64,000 bases of DNA. Origin: a virus. The DNA is taken from the IMG/VR virus record IMGVR_UViG_3300029959_000812, positions 1 through 64,000 of that record, one strand, 5' to 3'. Shown here piece by piece: positions 54,854 to 64,000 of the stretch. Below the pieces are notes generated by a model, which worked only from the letters and a program-made list of their open reading frames with translations, made no database searches and had not been told where the DNA came from. How positions within the stretch are numbered: the first letter of the stretch is position 1; the number at the start of each line of letters is the position of its first letter. Position numbers and translations under genes: made by a program.

Positions 54854-55095
54854 TATATCACCTCGATAGGGAGGAGGAGGCAGCCGGGAGGTAAGGCGGC
54901 TGCCTCTTCGTTTTTACACATGGTGCTGTTTGTTTCGTTTTTAGTGGAGGTGTTTCGTATGGAGGTACTGTCTGGAACGGATGTCACAGCGTTTTTATAA
55001 TCGGTAGATTCTAGTTTGTCAGCGAGTCCGTTAAAGCCGTTTGCTCTTAGGTCTTTTATGAATTTATTATGATGTTCTCTGCAACTTCCTGTCAT
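54853..55095 (-). CDS. Hypothetical 80-aa protein
   Basis: ORF track. The 3' part contains a 10-bp GC hairpin (54877-54906), so its extent is uncertain. Confidence 0.4.
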   Translation of the reverse strand: MTGSCREHHNKFIKDLRANGFNGLADKLESTDYKNAVTSVPDSTSIRNTSTKNETNSTMCKNEEAAALPPGCLLLPIEVI

Positions 55096-55217
55096 AGTTA
55101 TACCTCTAACGCATGGTTTATGCAGAAAGCAAGAGAAAGTTATTTATGCCAAAAACGTCTAAAATTAATTGGGTAATTAGTTTAGGCGTAATTGGCAGAG
55201 TAATCTTTCTCTGCTGA

Positions 55218-55409
55218 TTAATCTGCTACTGCAATGCCCGGATTTGAGAGTTCCGGGCATTTGCAATTGTATTCTATCTTTTTTAATATTCTTCGCATAG
55301 TATCGGTTTTTGTTTCTCCAGGTAGCTTGTGTTTATAGAATTCTTTAGCTACAGTTTCTTCTACTTCTATGTCTTCATATTTCGTTTTTCGATTTTTGTT
55401 TGATACCAT
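55218..55409 (-). CDS. Hypothetical 63-aa protein
   Basis: ORF track. Confidence 0.5.
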   Translation of the reverse strand: MVSNKNRKTKYEDIEVEETVAKEFYKHKLPGETKTDTMRRILKKIEYNCKCPELSNPGIAVAD

Positions 55410-55746
55410 GCTTTTACCTCATTTTATCGTTTTTTATTTTATAGTTTGAGACTTTTTCGTTTAATACCCATATGTACGGACACCTATTTATAGTTTTTTG
55501 TGAACATTTTAAAAACCTTAAAAAACTTTTAAAACATATTTTTAGCCGGATGTAAAATATGAGGGAATGTGTGGGTAATTAGTTGGTAATTTATAACACC
55601 CGGCTAAGATATGTTATACCCCACTTGGCACCGCATATCAAACGCTTATATAGTTTTATAACTTAATAAAGTTTTTTATAGCTTTTAAAAATATCGAATA
55701 AAATAATAATTACAAATACAAAAAAGTTTATAACATTATCAATAAT

Positions 55747-56184
55747 TTAAGAATCTTTTAAATCAGGGTATTTTTCTTTTAAAGCCGTAACAATATACGT
55801 AGCCGCATGAGTTCTAACAGGGATCTCCTTTTCTTTAGCTTCCTCTTCAAGTTTAACAATATACTTATGTTCCAAATTAATACTAAACTGTTCTTTTTTC
55901 ATATCTCCTTTCCTAGGTCGTCCCCGTTTTCCATCAACCTTAACGTTTTTGTTATCGCTTACAACTTTAAAAACCTTATCACCATTATCAGCCGAATATA
56001 AAGTCTTTTTAACGTTTTTAATATCTTTTTTATACTTATAATACGTGTCTTTACTTATATCATAATCTTCGCAAGCTTGTTCAATACTAACATAACCTTT
56101 AGAAACTTTTAAATTATCCACTATCTCAATAATATTACGTTTTTCATCATCTGTTTTTGCTATAGCCTTGGTCATGTTAATCAC
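55747..56184 (-). CDS. HTH protein with an AT-hook-like GRPRKG motif
   Basis: YVSIEQACEDYDISKDTYYKYKK (HTH) and GKRGRPRKG. Confidence 0.6.
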   Translation of the reverse strand: MINMTKAIAKTDDEKRNIIEIVDNLKVSKGYVSIEQACEDYDISKDTYYKYKKDIKNVKKTLYSADNGDKVFKVVSDNKNVKVDGKRGRPRKGDMKKEQFSINLEHKYIVKLEEEAKEKEIPVRTHAATYIVTALKEKYPDLKDS

Positions 56185-56362
56185 ATTTATGAATACCGAT
56201 TAAACCTTTTAAAACGTTATTCTAAATTACGTAATATAAACTATATAAAATAGATGCCCTACCTGTTCATACAAAACTATTCGCAATCAAGATACATAAC
56301 CAACAATTCGCACACGAAGCACACGATAAGTATATAACCGTCTTGTTATAATAATAATTATT

Positions 56363-56704
56363 ATGGTAGATAAGCGACGTTTAAAACAATACGACGATTG
56401 GCTATCTAAAAAGAGCAAAGAAGTTACCAAGTCGCCAGTATTTTTAAACGTCAACGGCCATTTTAAAGACAAGACGGAAGCAGCTCGATTAACAAAATTT
56501 AGCCGACCGACAGAATACGAGATCCAATTTAAAGAATCTTATTATCAGCGGAACCAAAATGATCCTCGTAAAATAAAATCCGTTATGTCTCACGAACTGG
56601 CTCATGTCCACCATCCTAACAACCACGGACCGGCGTTCCAGAAAGAAGCCCGGAGTCTTGGGGCCGGTCGTTATAGTGTGGCCAGGGGAAAGGCGAAGCG
56701 TTAA
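56363..56704 (+). CDS. SprT/YgjP(DUF45)-like zinc metallohydrolase
   Basis: HELAHVHHPNNHGPAF (HExxH followed by NH…F). Confidence 0.65.
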   Translation: MVDKRRLKQYDDWLSKKSKEVTKSPVFLNVNGHFKDKTEAARLTKFSRPTEYEIQFKESYYQRNQNDPRKIKSVMSHELAHVHHPNNHGPAFQKEARSLGAGRYSVARGKAKR

Positions 56705-56711
56705 CCATCGG

Positions 56712-56987
56712 TTAAGATAAATCAAGAAGAGATAGATCCGGCATAACGTTATACCTCTTACTTTCTTCAATCGCAGTCATACATTTATCATATAGCATAT
56801 CAAATTCGTCCATAGGACTTTTAAAATCTGTTACCTGAACAAAACTATCCCAAATAGAAATAGCGTACATTTCGCTTAAAATTTGATAGTCTCGATATAA
56901 ACCTCTCCAAAACATATCCATAACATTATTAACAGTCATTTGAATTACTGATTTTGTAAAAGGCGATAGTTCTATCATTCTGTTCAT
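56712..56987 (-). CDS. Hypothetical 91-aa protein
   Basis: ORF track. Confidence 0.55.
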   Translation of the reverse strand: MNRMIELSPFTKSVIQMTVNNVMDMFWRGLYRDYQILSEMYAISIWDSFVQVTDFKSPMDEFDMLYDKCMTAIEESKRYNVMPDLSLLDLS

Positions 56988-57147
56988 CTCACGATATTAA
57001 TCTTTTAAGAGTCTCGCCAGCTTTCATACATTTGTTGGTATTTAGCTGCTGCCATACCGTATCCAAATAACACTCCAAATATGAGTGCTCCTAATGCAAT
57101 CCAAGGCCATGCGATTATCATATTTTATCCCTTGTATCTTATGATAT

Positions 57148-57330
57148 TCATTCGTTAAACCTATTTACCATGAAGATTACATCTCCAAGTTCTTTTCCAG
57201 TTATATAATTACGTTTGCCACCATGTTCAAATTTGAATAACTGTAGATCTTTGATCATTTGTTCCAGGTTAAACGTTTCATTATCATAGCAGCCGAAGCC
57301 ACCCAATTTCGGGCGAATTGGAAATTCCAT
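57148..57330 (-). CDS. Hypothetical 60-aa protein
   Basis: ORF track. GAGGAATAGAT junction motif upstream. Confidence 0.5.
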   Translation of the reverse strand: MEFPIRPKLGGFGCYDNETFNLEQMIKDLQLFKFEHGGKRNYITGKELGDVIFMVNRFNE

Positions 57331-57504
57331 ATCTATTCCTCGTTTATCTTATCAGATTAGTTAACGATACCAATAACCATCCATAAACGATTTGCGCTTT
57401 TGCGATTCTGGTCTTTTTAGTATTTTACGTTTATTTTTTTTTAAATGGATGTCCATAATCGGGTTTTGGTATTTGGTCCATAATATCACTATCTTCACAG
57501 ATTA

Positions 57505-57732
57505 TTAACCAAAGTACATTTTCAGACCAAGACAAATTATAAATAATCCAAATAAAACCGCGAAGATGATTTTAACTTTTTTATCTGTTTCTTCCATAGC
57601 TTGTGCTTGTGCTCTTAATAATCTTGTTTTTCTATCTGGATCATCCCAAAAATCTTTCATATACTTTTCTAATTCCGGGTCGTTGTTGTCCATATATATC
57701 ACGTCTATCTTTGCAGAATATTTAAAAAACAC
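57505..57732 (-). CDS. C-terminally anchored small protein
   Basis: ORF track. TM helix at the C-terminus. Confidence 0.5.
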   Translation of the reverse strand: MFFKYSAKIDVIYMDNNDPELEKYMKDFWDDPDRKTRLLRAQAQAMEETDKKVKIIFAVLFGLFIICLGLKMYFG

Positions 57733-57979
57733 CTATCACAGGTAAGCGCCTTCTAGCCCATCTTCGGTATAAATAAGCGAACACAAGAAGCCCCATTCCG
57801 ACAATTAGGCCAATAGTGGATAATTGTACCAATACGACATTTGATATTCCGGTGCCAATCATGCCAGCCATAAAACCTATGCTCGCTAATAAGCCGCCAA
57901 GTATTATAGAGCCAAAATATATTATGCCAGTAATTCTTGAGCAGCTATTTATTTTTCCATTCATGTCTATCAAGTCCAT
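57722..57979 (-). CDS. Membrane protein (3 TM)
   Basis: ORF track. Confidence 0.55.
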   Translation of the reverse strand: MDLIDMNGKINSCSRITGIIYFGSIILGGLLASIGFMAGMIGTGISNVVLVQLSTIGLIVGMGLLVFAYLYRRWARRRLPVIGVF

Positions 57980-58205
57980 CTTTGTATATTCTTAATTTTG
58001 TTATGTATCTGTTAAGATTTGTCGCTTAACCACCATTTTACGATCTTATTTAGCGTTTATTAAACAAACAAGCCCTATTATTATAGACCATATATCATTA
58101 CTAATTAATCCAAATATAACTAAAATGATACCAATTATACCAGAACCTAATTTTATAATTGGTAACCAATCTTCTAAAGTCATTTGTTCACCCGTCGTAA
58201 TTCTG

Positions 58206-58505
58206 TCATTTTACGATCTCTTCTCTTTCTGAATAGCCATCACAGAAAGACATGGAGGTTTTTAACGATACAGGAAATGCATCGGTAAATTCCTCATCTA
58301 ATCCCTGTATTTCGTCCTCGTTGAGAAACAGACAATTCGTCTGACTCGTTTTAGAGAAATTCGAGCAATTGCCGCAAACGATTATTTTTATTGGCGTAAA
58401 GCCCTCACAATAACACGTTTCCTCTGCGCCCGTTTTATCGCCGTCGATTTTACAGCCGTCGATATATCCCGGCTTTTGATTCTGACAATTATCACATAAT
58501 GCCAT
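58206..58505 (-). CDS. Cys-rich protein (99 aa)
   Basis: CDNC…C…CYCEGF…CGNC. Confidence 0.55.
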   Translation of the reverse strand: MALCDNCQNQKPGYIDGCKIDGDKTGAEETCYCEGFTPIKIIVCGNCSNFSKTSQTNCLFLNEDEIQGLDEEFTDAFPVSLKTSMSFCDGYSEREEIVK

Positions 58506-58531
58506 GATTTATTTCTCCTGTCGCAAAATCC

Positions 58532-58738
58532 CTATTTTCCGATATAAGTAAAAGCTAATCTACAAAATGCTGTTGCATCCATATGTTTTAGTTTCTTATA
58601 TCCAAGAGTGCCTTTCGGACAAAGATTATTTTTGGTATAGCCTATATTAGGATCATATATTGTCGGTGGGTTTTTGCATTCATTAATACATACATAACAT
58701 TGATCAAATATTTGTCTCATTCCGTCACCATCGTTCAA
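58532..58738 (-). CDS. Cys-rich protein (68 aa)
   Basis: ORF track. CYVCINEC…C…C. Confidence 0.5.
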   Translation of the reverse strand: MNDGDGMRQIFDQCYVCINECKNPPTIYDPNIGYTKNNLCPKGTLGYKKLKHMDATAFCRLAFTYIGK

Positions 58739-58741
58739 TAT

Positions 58742-58909
58742 TCACTTTTTAATCACTCTATCTAAATGTTCTATTAAGCTTGAAAGGGTTGTAAATCTGT
58801 GGGGAGTCCCCATATCATCAATCCACAAATCGAGCATTTCGCCTGACATCTCGTCAAAAAATACTCTGATGTCTACTCCTTTATAATTTATTAAATGATC
58901 GCAACTCAT
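58742..58909 (-). CDS. Hypothetical 55-aa protein
   Basis: Manually translated (MSCDHLINYKGVDIRVFFDEM…). Overlaps the upstream stop. Confidence 0.35.
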   Translation of the reverse strand: MSCDHLINYKGVDIRVFFDEMSGEMLDLWIDDMGTPHRFTTLSSLIEHLDRVIKK

Positions 58910-59196
58910 TCTTTAACCTCGATTACCTTAACCTTCTTGCCAGCCCATTCTTTAGGCATATTTATTTGGGCCTTGTTGCCTGACCATTTAACTTCACGTT
59001 CAATACTGTTTATCGGCTCTTGTTTGTCATCTTGCTTATCGATAAGCCGGTCCATATGCTTTACCGCGTCACTCGGGAATACTCTAAGATACCCTACGGT
59101 GGTCTCTGCGATCTGGTCCTGGTATTTTTTTATGATAGCAAGCGCCTCTGGATCGAGGCGCACGGGAGGAAGTTGTTTTACTGCCATGATAATCAC
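58906..59196 (-). CDS. Protein with a C-terminal AbrB/DUF2080-like swapped-hairpin domain
   Basis: GNKAQINMPKEWAGKKVKVIEV matches the archaeal GNSxxVxVPKEWIGKxVxV pattern. Confidence 0.6.
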   Translation of the reverse strand: MIIMAVKQLPPVRLDPEALAIIKKYQDQIAETTVGYLRVFPSDAVKHMDRLIDKQDDKQEPINSIEREVKWSGNKAQINMPKEWAGKKVKVIEVKE

Positions 59197-59203
59197 TTAA
59201 AAA

Positions 59204-59362
59204 TTATTCAATTCCGGTCCACATGATGGGGACCATAGTTACGCTGTGCCGTCCATCCGCTAAAATTTGTACATCAAATACCGAAAATCTTATCCCACGG
59301 TGAATATCATCAAAGACGATATCGCCAACTTCTAAATTTTCTAAATCGCTTCTTGATTTCAT
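59204..59362 (-). CDS. Hypothetical 52-aa protein
   Basis: Manually translated (MKSRSDLENLEVGDIVFDD…). Lies downstream of palindromic promoter-like DNA. Confidence 0.3.
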   Translation of the reverse strand: MKSRSDLENLEVGDIVFDDIHRGIRFSVFDVQILADGRHSVTMVPIMWTGIE

Positions 59363-59378
59363 AATTGTACCTCTGATA

Positions 59379-59428
59379 AGTTACTATGTAACTAATGGTA
59401 TATATAGTTACCGTGTAACATAGTAACT
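59379..59428. promoter_or_regulatory. GTTAC/GTAAC palindromes around a TATATA box
   Basis: AGTTACTATGTAACT at 59379-59393 and AGTTACCGTGTAACATAGTAACT at 59406-59428 flank GGTATATATAG. Confidence 0.35.
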
Positions 59429-59819
59429 ATAATAGAAAAAGAGCTAAGGTTAGAATCGTTCAGAATGCTTTAGCAAACACATTCACGGTCCTGTTCACCA
59501 TTCACTAATACATGATGGTCAACCCAACTGTACTGAGATTTTAAATCTGTACACTTACCCCATTTTCTAAACTCTTCGTGCTGTACAAAATGAATACATT
59601 TATTGCATTTATCGCTCATACATTCACCATTTGTCAGGATACTTTAGGTACCATATGCTATTAATTTATAGAAACAGGCTATACAAACAGGGTCGCCAGT
59701 CTCATACGGATCTCCATCAGCCGAGCCGCCACAATTAAAACATTTAGGCTTATTTTTTTCTTTGTACTTTTTTGAATACGAACCAGAGGTTATCTTCATA
59801 TCGTCACCATTTGTCTATA

Positions 59820-60092
59820 TTAATCGAGTTCTTCGGCAACCTGGTTAAGCCAGATACCGCAAATATCTAAAGGTATATCTTTGCTCTTAGATCCACCAGC
59901 TATCCGGCAAAGCTTTTCTATGTTCCTTTCGAGCTTCGGCAGATACTTGTAATGGTCCACGGGGATGCCGTTAGGATATAGGATTTTAAGAATCGCCTCT
60001 ATCTTTGGGTATCCGTCGCCATACTCTTGATTTTTTTGTATGACTAAATCCCTTATGCGTTCGCTGGCATCTACGATCTTGTTTTCTTGCAT
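59820..60092 (-). CDS. Possible MazG-like/DUF1599-like all-alpha NTP pyrophosphohydrolase-fold protein
   Basis: The IQKNQEYGDGYP…K…R pattern resembles KNxDYG motifs. Weak call. Confidence 0.35.
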   Translation of the reverse strand: MQENKIVDASERIRDLVIQKNQEYGDGYPKIEAILKILYPNGIPVDHYKYLPKLERNIEKLCRIAGGSKSKDIPLDICGIWLNQVAEELD

Positions 60093-60120
60093 ATTCCACC
60101 TATCGTAAACGATGAATAGA

Positions 60121-60321
60121 TTAGATCAGGTCCATCATACATTCGTGAACTTCTTCGGGCAGATGAACCGCCAAAGCCCAGGATAGTGCGTCAATTTTGC
60201 CTTTGATATTATAGAGTTCTACCCTGTCGGTAGGATCTGCTTTATATTTCTCAACAAACTCTTTGCAAAGTTCATTCAGTCTGTTCTTAATGTTCTCTTC
60301 TTTTACCATTACCATGTTCAT
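60121..60321 (-). CDS. Hypothetical 66-aa protein
   Basis: ORF track. Confidence 0.5.
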   Translation of the reverse strand: MNMVMVKEENIKNRLNELCKEFVEKYKADPTDRVELYNIKGKIDALSWALAVHLPEEVHECMMDLI

Positions 60322-60476
60322 CGCATCCTATTACTTGATTAGCGCATTAATGAATCTGCGCCAATCTATTGTTCTCCATTGCTCCCAACAAAGCATACCA
60401 GCAACGAACCATAAAACCCCGTATGCCAACATTCCAACATCTTGCCATATGTCCATAATTCATCCGTCCCTATTAT

Positions 60477-60779
60477 TCAAACAACATATTCAACATTCTT
60501 TAGTCCAATAAAATAAATTGCGCCAAAGCACATAGCTATTGTAAATGCAAATAGTGAAGCTACTCCCAATATTGATGAATTATCAATACCGCTTGAATTA
60601 AACAAATAATATTCTATTAATAATAAAAAACTAATAATTGAAAAAATCAATCCAGCAAATGCTAATATGCAAAATCCAGCAGCTACTTCGCCAATATCAA
60701 TATTATTATTAGTTAAAGTTTTTTTAATGAATGATTTCATATCGTTCGCATCCTTCCATATTATTTGATTAATTCCCAT
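60477..60779 (-). CDS. Membrane protein (3 TM)
   Basis: ORF track. Confidence 0.55.
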   Translation of the reverse strand: MGINQIIWKDANDMKSFIKKTLTNNNIDIGEVAAGFCILAFAGLIFSIISFLLLIEYYLFNSSGIDNSSILGVASLFAFTIAMCFGAIYFIGLKNVEYVV

Positions 60780-61155
60780 TCATTAAATTTGTAGATATTG
60801 CCGAATAATTCATAGAACCATTCGGGTAATATACTGGCCACATTGTTGGATATGTATTGAGGGTATTACCCCACGCTGAACCATTATCGAAAAGAATATA
60901 CTCAACATAAAACCGACCGCTATTATCTGTCGTATCTTCCCGATTTATAATTATATTGACATGGGTACCGTCGATATATCCGCTTGCTTGCATAACTCCC
61001 TTGTCTACTGCAAAGATTTTCGTAATATTATAACTATGATTTAAGCCTATACTTGCATTTACGGCAGTAGGAATATCGCTATAGGTGTCAATACAACCAA
61101 ATGTAAAAAACACTATTAAAACAATTCCTATTAAGATAATATTCTTCATCATCAT
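60769..61155 (-). CDS. Secreted/lipoprotein-like protein
   Basis: N-terminal signal-like helix ending in FTFGC. Confidence 0.55.
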   Translation of the reverse strand: MMMKNIILIGIVLIVFFTFGCIDTYSDIPTAVNASIGLNHSYNITKIFAVDKGVMQASGYIDGTHVNIIINREDTTDNSGRFYVEYILFDNGSAWGNTLNTYPTMWPVYYPNGSMNYSAISTNLMNGN

Positions 61156-61168
61156 TCATCCTTCAATA

Positions 61169-61405
61169 TTATTCGTTTGCAGCTTTAGTGATAAATAACA
61201 CATCGCTACCAAGAAACTCTCTTTCCTCTAAGTAGCCTACAGCTTTTAACCGGTCAATCGCGTTACGCAGATCATAAGGCAATAATCCAGCTTTTTCATA
61301 GAGTCTTGATATGGCCAAAAACTTCTCTTTCCTCATGATAGAAATAACTGCCCTATCGTGAGGATTTTTAAGATTCGGATTTAACATATCACTTACGTAT
61401 TTCAC
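61169..61405 (-). CDS. Winged-helix-like protein
   Basis: ISRLYEKAGLLPYDLRNAIDRLKAVGYLEERE. Confidence 0.5.
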   Translation of the reverse strand: MKYVSDMLNPNLKNPHDRAVISIMRKEKFLAISRLYEKAGLLPYDLRNAIDRLKAVGYLEEREFLGSDVLFITKAANE

Positions 61406-61573
61406 TTATTCACCTTCTTAACTTGACAGTATCCTTTGTTCGTTTTTCGCGTGTCGCGCTTTACCTTTGCCTGGTACTTTTTAAGCTTCTGCCAGTGCTG
61501 CGCCGCGTCCATGATCTCGTCTGGTATTGGCACGGACGCGCCGCAGTCGGGACAGGCGGTATGATTTTCCAAT

Positions 61574-61975
61574 TTACCCACCTATATACATAATCTCTGT
61601 ACTGTCTGGTAATTTAACGTATACTGGAAACGGGAATTGTGAACGTTTAAAAGAAATCCTTGGTGAAGTATCGCCATGCCATACAGCTTCGTCAGAGAAT
61701 AATGGAATGCCAATTAATGTAGCTTCGATGACTTTAGCGCCTTTTGTTCGCTCTATATACCTTGCGTGAGTGATTAAGTCGTCGATATATGGATCATCGT
61801 CATGGTCAACGATAAATCGACCGTCTTCTAATTTATACATCTGTTTTGCACCCTTATGACATGGACAATTTGAGCTTCCGCCATTATTATCACAGTCTAC
61901 CCGCCAGAACTTAAATATACTATCATTCTTAGGGTTGGGGTATAGTTTTCCCAGGTTACATAAACTACATAACAT
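61574..61975 (-). CDS. Hypothetical 133-aa protein with an N-terminal Cys cluster
   Basis: ORF track. Confidence 0.6.
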   Translation of the reverse strand: MLCSLCNLGKLYPNPKNDSIFKFWRVDCDNNGGSSNCPCHKGAKQMYKLEDGRFIVDHDDDPYIDDLITHARYIERTKGAKVIEATLIGIPLFSDEAVWHGDTSPRISFKRSQFPFPVYVKLPDSTEIMYIGG

Positions 61976-62234
61976 TATTTTACCTCAATAACTAATAGGT
62001 TACTAACCTATATATAACTTGTGGTTACTAACCTAAAGATTAAAACTAAATAGAAAAAGTTATTAGCGGCGTATCCTTACCTATTATTCAAGCACCCACA
62101 TTAACAATGTTATTTTGTCGTGGATTATGTGTATTGACGCCAGCTCATTATTATTATAAGCTTCTAATTTCTTATTGCTTAATTCGTCGATCTTCTCTCT
62201 GATTTCTTTCTCACTCTTCATAGCGCATCCCGAC

Positions 62235-62474
62235 CTATTCTTTGATTGTATTCTTATGGTAATTGACTCCTAACCAGAAAGCGACAACTAACGTCATCCA
62301 GCCGATGCCGATACCGAAACCTACTACATGCCAATCTGTTCCTGCAAAATCGAGCATCTTATATCCAGGTATCGTTACAACTGATAAGCCAGCAACAAAT
62401 AGGCCAGCTCCAAATATCATTAACGAATAACTAAAATTTTTTGTATTATAAAATATCTTGTTTATCATATGCAT
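62235..62474 (-). CDS. Membrane protein (2-3 TM)
   Basis: ORF track. Confidence 0.55.
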   Translation of the reverse strand: MHMINKIFYNTKNFSYSLMIFGAGLFVAGLSVVTIPGYKMLDFAGTDWHVVGFGIGIGWMTLVVAFWLGVNYHKNTIKE

Positions 62475-62485
62475 CCCGTTCTATT

Positions 62486-62689
62486 CTAACTGTTGATCAA
62501 TTTCATGGCCATATCTTCAAGTACGGTGCATTTGCCATCTTCTTTAGCCCATAACCCTTTATGGGTAGGCTTCTGTCGGCAATAGGTGACTAATGGGAAT
62601 CTACCAGGCATATAGCCAGTGCAATCGTCTATCTTAATATCATAATCATATTCAGCGCCCCATGAAAAGGGGCAATCGATACATCTCAT
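62486..62689 (-). CDS. Cys-rich 67-aa protein (full-length copy of the gene truncated at 1..106)
   Basis: ORF track. CIDC…C…C…C. Confidence 0.6.
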   Translation of the reverse strand: MRCIDCPFSWGAEYDYDIKIDDCTGYMPGRFPLVTYCRQKPTHKGLWAKEDGKCTVLEDMAMKLINS

Positions 62690-62710
62690 CGCTTTTCATC
62701 CCTCTCTATT
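62584..62710. repeat. Direct repeat copy 2 (identical to 1..127)
   Basis: See 1..127. Confidence 0.9.
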
Positions 62711-63166
62711 CTAGTCGTTCATCTCTCTGTACGAAGCAGCAAGCGCATAAAGTACCTGGCTGTGTTTGTAACCACAGCTTGCGATATAGTCAGTAAGTTC
62801 TCGAAGGCTACATTTACCGACTTCTTTATGATCAATTGCTTCGATTGTTTTTGCCGTGATTTCTCGCTTCATCGTGTGTATCTCCGTCTATTACTTGTTT
62901 AATACGTCTCTAATTCTCCATAGGCCGATAGATATTGCTGCTAATTCTATTACAATTGCAACTCCCATTAGATCGCTCATAATTTATCCCCATCTATTCG
63001 CGTGTTAAACGTTTAGTTTTTAATGCTTCAACAACCTGCTCATAACTTATTATGCCGAAATAGATTAAAGTTCCACTTACCCCTAAACCTATTCCTAAAA
63101 ATATTCCTAATAGGAATATGCCCATTTCAATTAATGCTCGTTCCATAGTTCATCCCATCAGATACT

Positions 63167-63355
63167 TTACGTAAACACAATATGCGCGAATACATTAACC
63201 ACAAATCCGCCGGTCATCATTAAGAAACTTATAATATATCCGATTAGACCAAAGTTCATGTAAATGGTAAGCAGAAATAATAAGCCACCAAAAAACATAG
63301 CTCCAAATGATGCAGCCTTTATTGCATCTAGTACTTTACTCGGTACAAAGTTCAT
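63167..63355 (-). CDS. Membrane protein (2 TM)
   Basis: ORF track. Confidence 0.55.
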   Translation of the reverse strand: MNFVPSKVLDAIKAASFGAMFFGGLLFLLTIYMNFGLIGYIISFLMMTGGFVVNVFAHIVFT

Positions 63356-63383
63356 TTCTATCCCTCAAATCGTATCATATTCT

Positions 63384-63761
63384 TTACATAGTGTCTTTTA
63401 GTAGTTCATCCATTTTACAGGATACATAGCCTTCTGTGAACGATTTAAAATCAAAATCCATATACTTAATGAAAGCTTTACGCCACTTATCGGCAATGGA
63501 CTGTCGAGTTTTATCAATGGCATAAGACAAATTAACTTTAACAATCCGTTCAGGAACATAGCCGTCGCCTTTATTATACTTAGCTTTATAAAGGGTACAA
63601 TAACGTATGTACTCCCCATAGAACTGAATCATTTCAAGGTCCAATAGATTGCAATCAAATGCGTTCCATACGAAAGAATATTTAGAATTTCGCCAGCTCA
63701 TCTTTTCGAGAATCCCGCCGACTTGCTTTATAATTTCTTCATCGTCTTTTACCATTTCCAT
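63384..63761 (-). CDS. Hypothetical 125-aa protein
   Basis: ORF track. GAGGAATGGAA lies upstream. Confidence 0.6.
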   Translation of the reverse strand: MEMVKDDEEIIKQVGGILEKMSWRNSKYSFVWNAFDCNLLDLEMIQFYGEYIRYCTLYKAKYNKGDGYVPERIVKVNLSYAIDKTRQSIADKWRKAFIKYMDFDFKSFTEGYVSCKMDELLKDTM

Positions 63762-64000
63762 TCCTCGTTTATCGTAAACGATGAATAGATTAAATGATCA
63801 CCGGCTCTATGTGAATATATCCAAGTAGGTACAATACAACGATAACAACGATAGCAAGCGCCATAAGTACAGTTGTTATTATTAAAAATATTTTTCTTTC
63901 CATTTCAAATGTTGAACAGAAATTAGGATCTTCCATGATTCATCGCATCCTATTCTTCGCGTAATGGTATAAACGGGATTACAATTAGCTGATATGGCAA

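Noticed and set aside
55440-55746. A second replication origin in the AT-rich spacer with TTTATAAC-like repeats and one TGTGGGTA
   Set aside because: It has only a single iteron core and weak, irregular repeats. It is more simply a promoter/terminator spacer.
1-64000. The terminal 127-bp identity as evidence that the window is a circularly permuted complete genome
   Set aside because: Identity stops at 127/62710 and the following ~1.3 kb differ completely from positions 128 onward. It is a dispersed repeat, not an assembly wrap-around.
1-64000. tRNA, rRNA or cas genes
   Set aside because: I saw no cloverleaf-like GC-rich segments or rRNA-like conserved blocks in the non-coding stretches. 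No ORF showed Cas hallmark motifs. A tRNAscan/Infernal/HMM run would be needed to be certain.

Overview
This window is a gene-dense, virus- or plasmid-like archaeal mobile element of roughly 40% GC by eye. I found no rRNA, no tRNA and no housekeeping genes. I also recognised no capsid, portal, terminase or tail genes.

Layout:
- 1-2.65 kb and 52-64 kb: swarms of very short minus-strand ORFs. Many are Cys-rich/zinc-ribbon, single- or double-TM, or RHH/HTH/AbrB types, joined by a recurring stop-SD-start junction motif.
- 2.7-4.2 kb: a serine recombinase translationally coupled to a T5orf172 plus degenerate tyrosine-recombinase fusion.
- 5.8 kb: a DPPY DNA methyltransferase.
- 7.4-13.1 kb: a glycan-modification island with a SAM methyltransferase, a GT1/GT4 glycosyltransferase, a B12-binding radical SAM enzyme, a CmcI-like methyltransferase and a polytopic membrane protein.
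- 13.1-20.6 kb: a putative virion module with a P-loop ATPase, small two-helix hydrophobic proteins with basic tails, a Lys/Gly-rich basic protein family and many membrane proteins.
- 20.7-30.4 kb and 41.2-43.9 kb: two pairs of very large mosaic paralogs, A1/A2 and B1/B2.
- 30.6-40.9 kb: a self-contained module between A2 and B2, holding an AbrB-like repressor, a cas-less 5-spacer mini-CRISPR array, a tyrosine integrase, a prim-pol, an SF3 helicase and an iteron-rich origin.
- 44-51.8 kb: a minus-strand operon dominated by a 1691-aa PKD/LamG/Calx-beta surface protein.
- 52.5-53.2 kb: a SemiSWEET homolog and a possible GINS-like protein.

All functional calls rest on motifs I recognised by eye, because no searches were possible. 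The host is unknown. The domain repertoire (YVTN, PKD, Calx-beta, B12-rSAM) suggests a methanogen or methanotroph of the Methanosarcinales type, but that is inference only.
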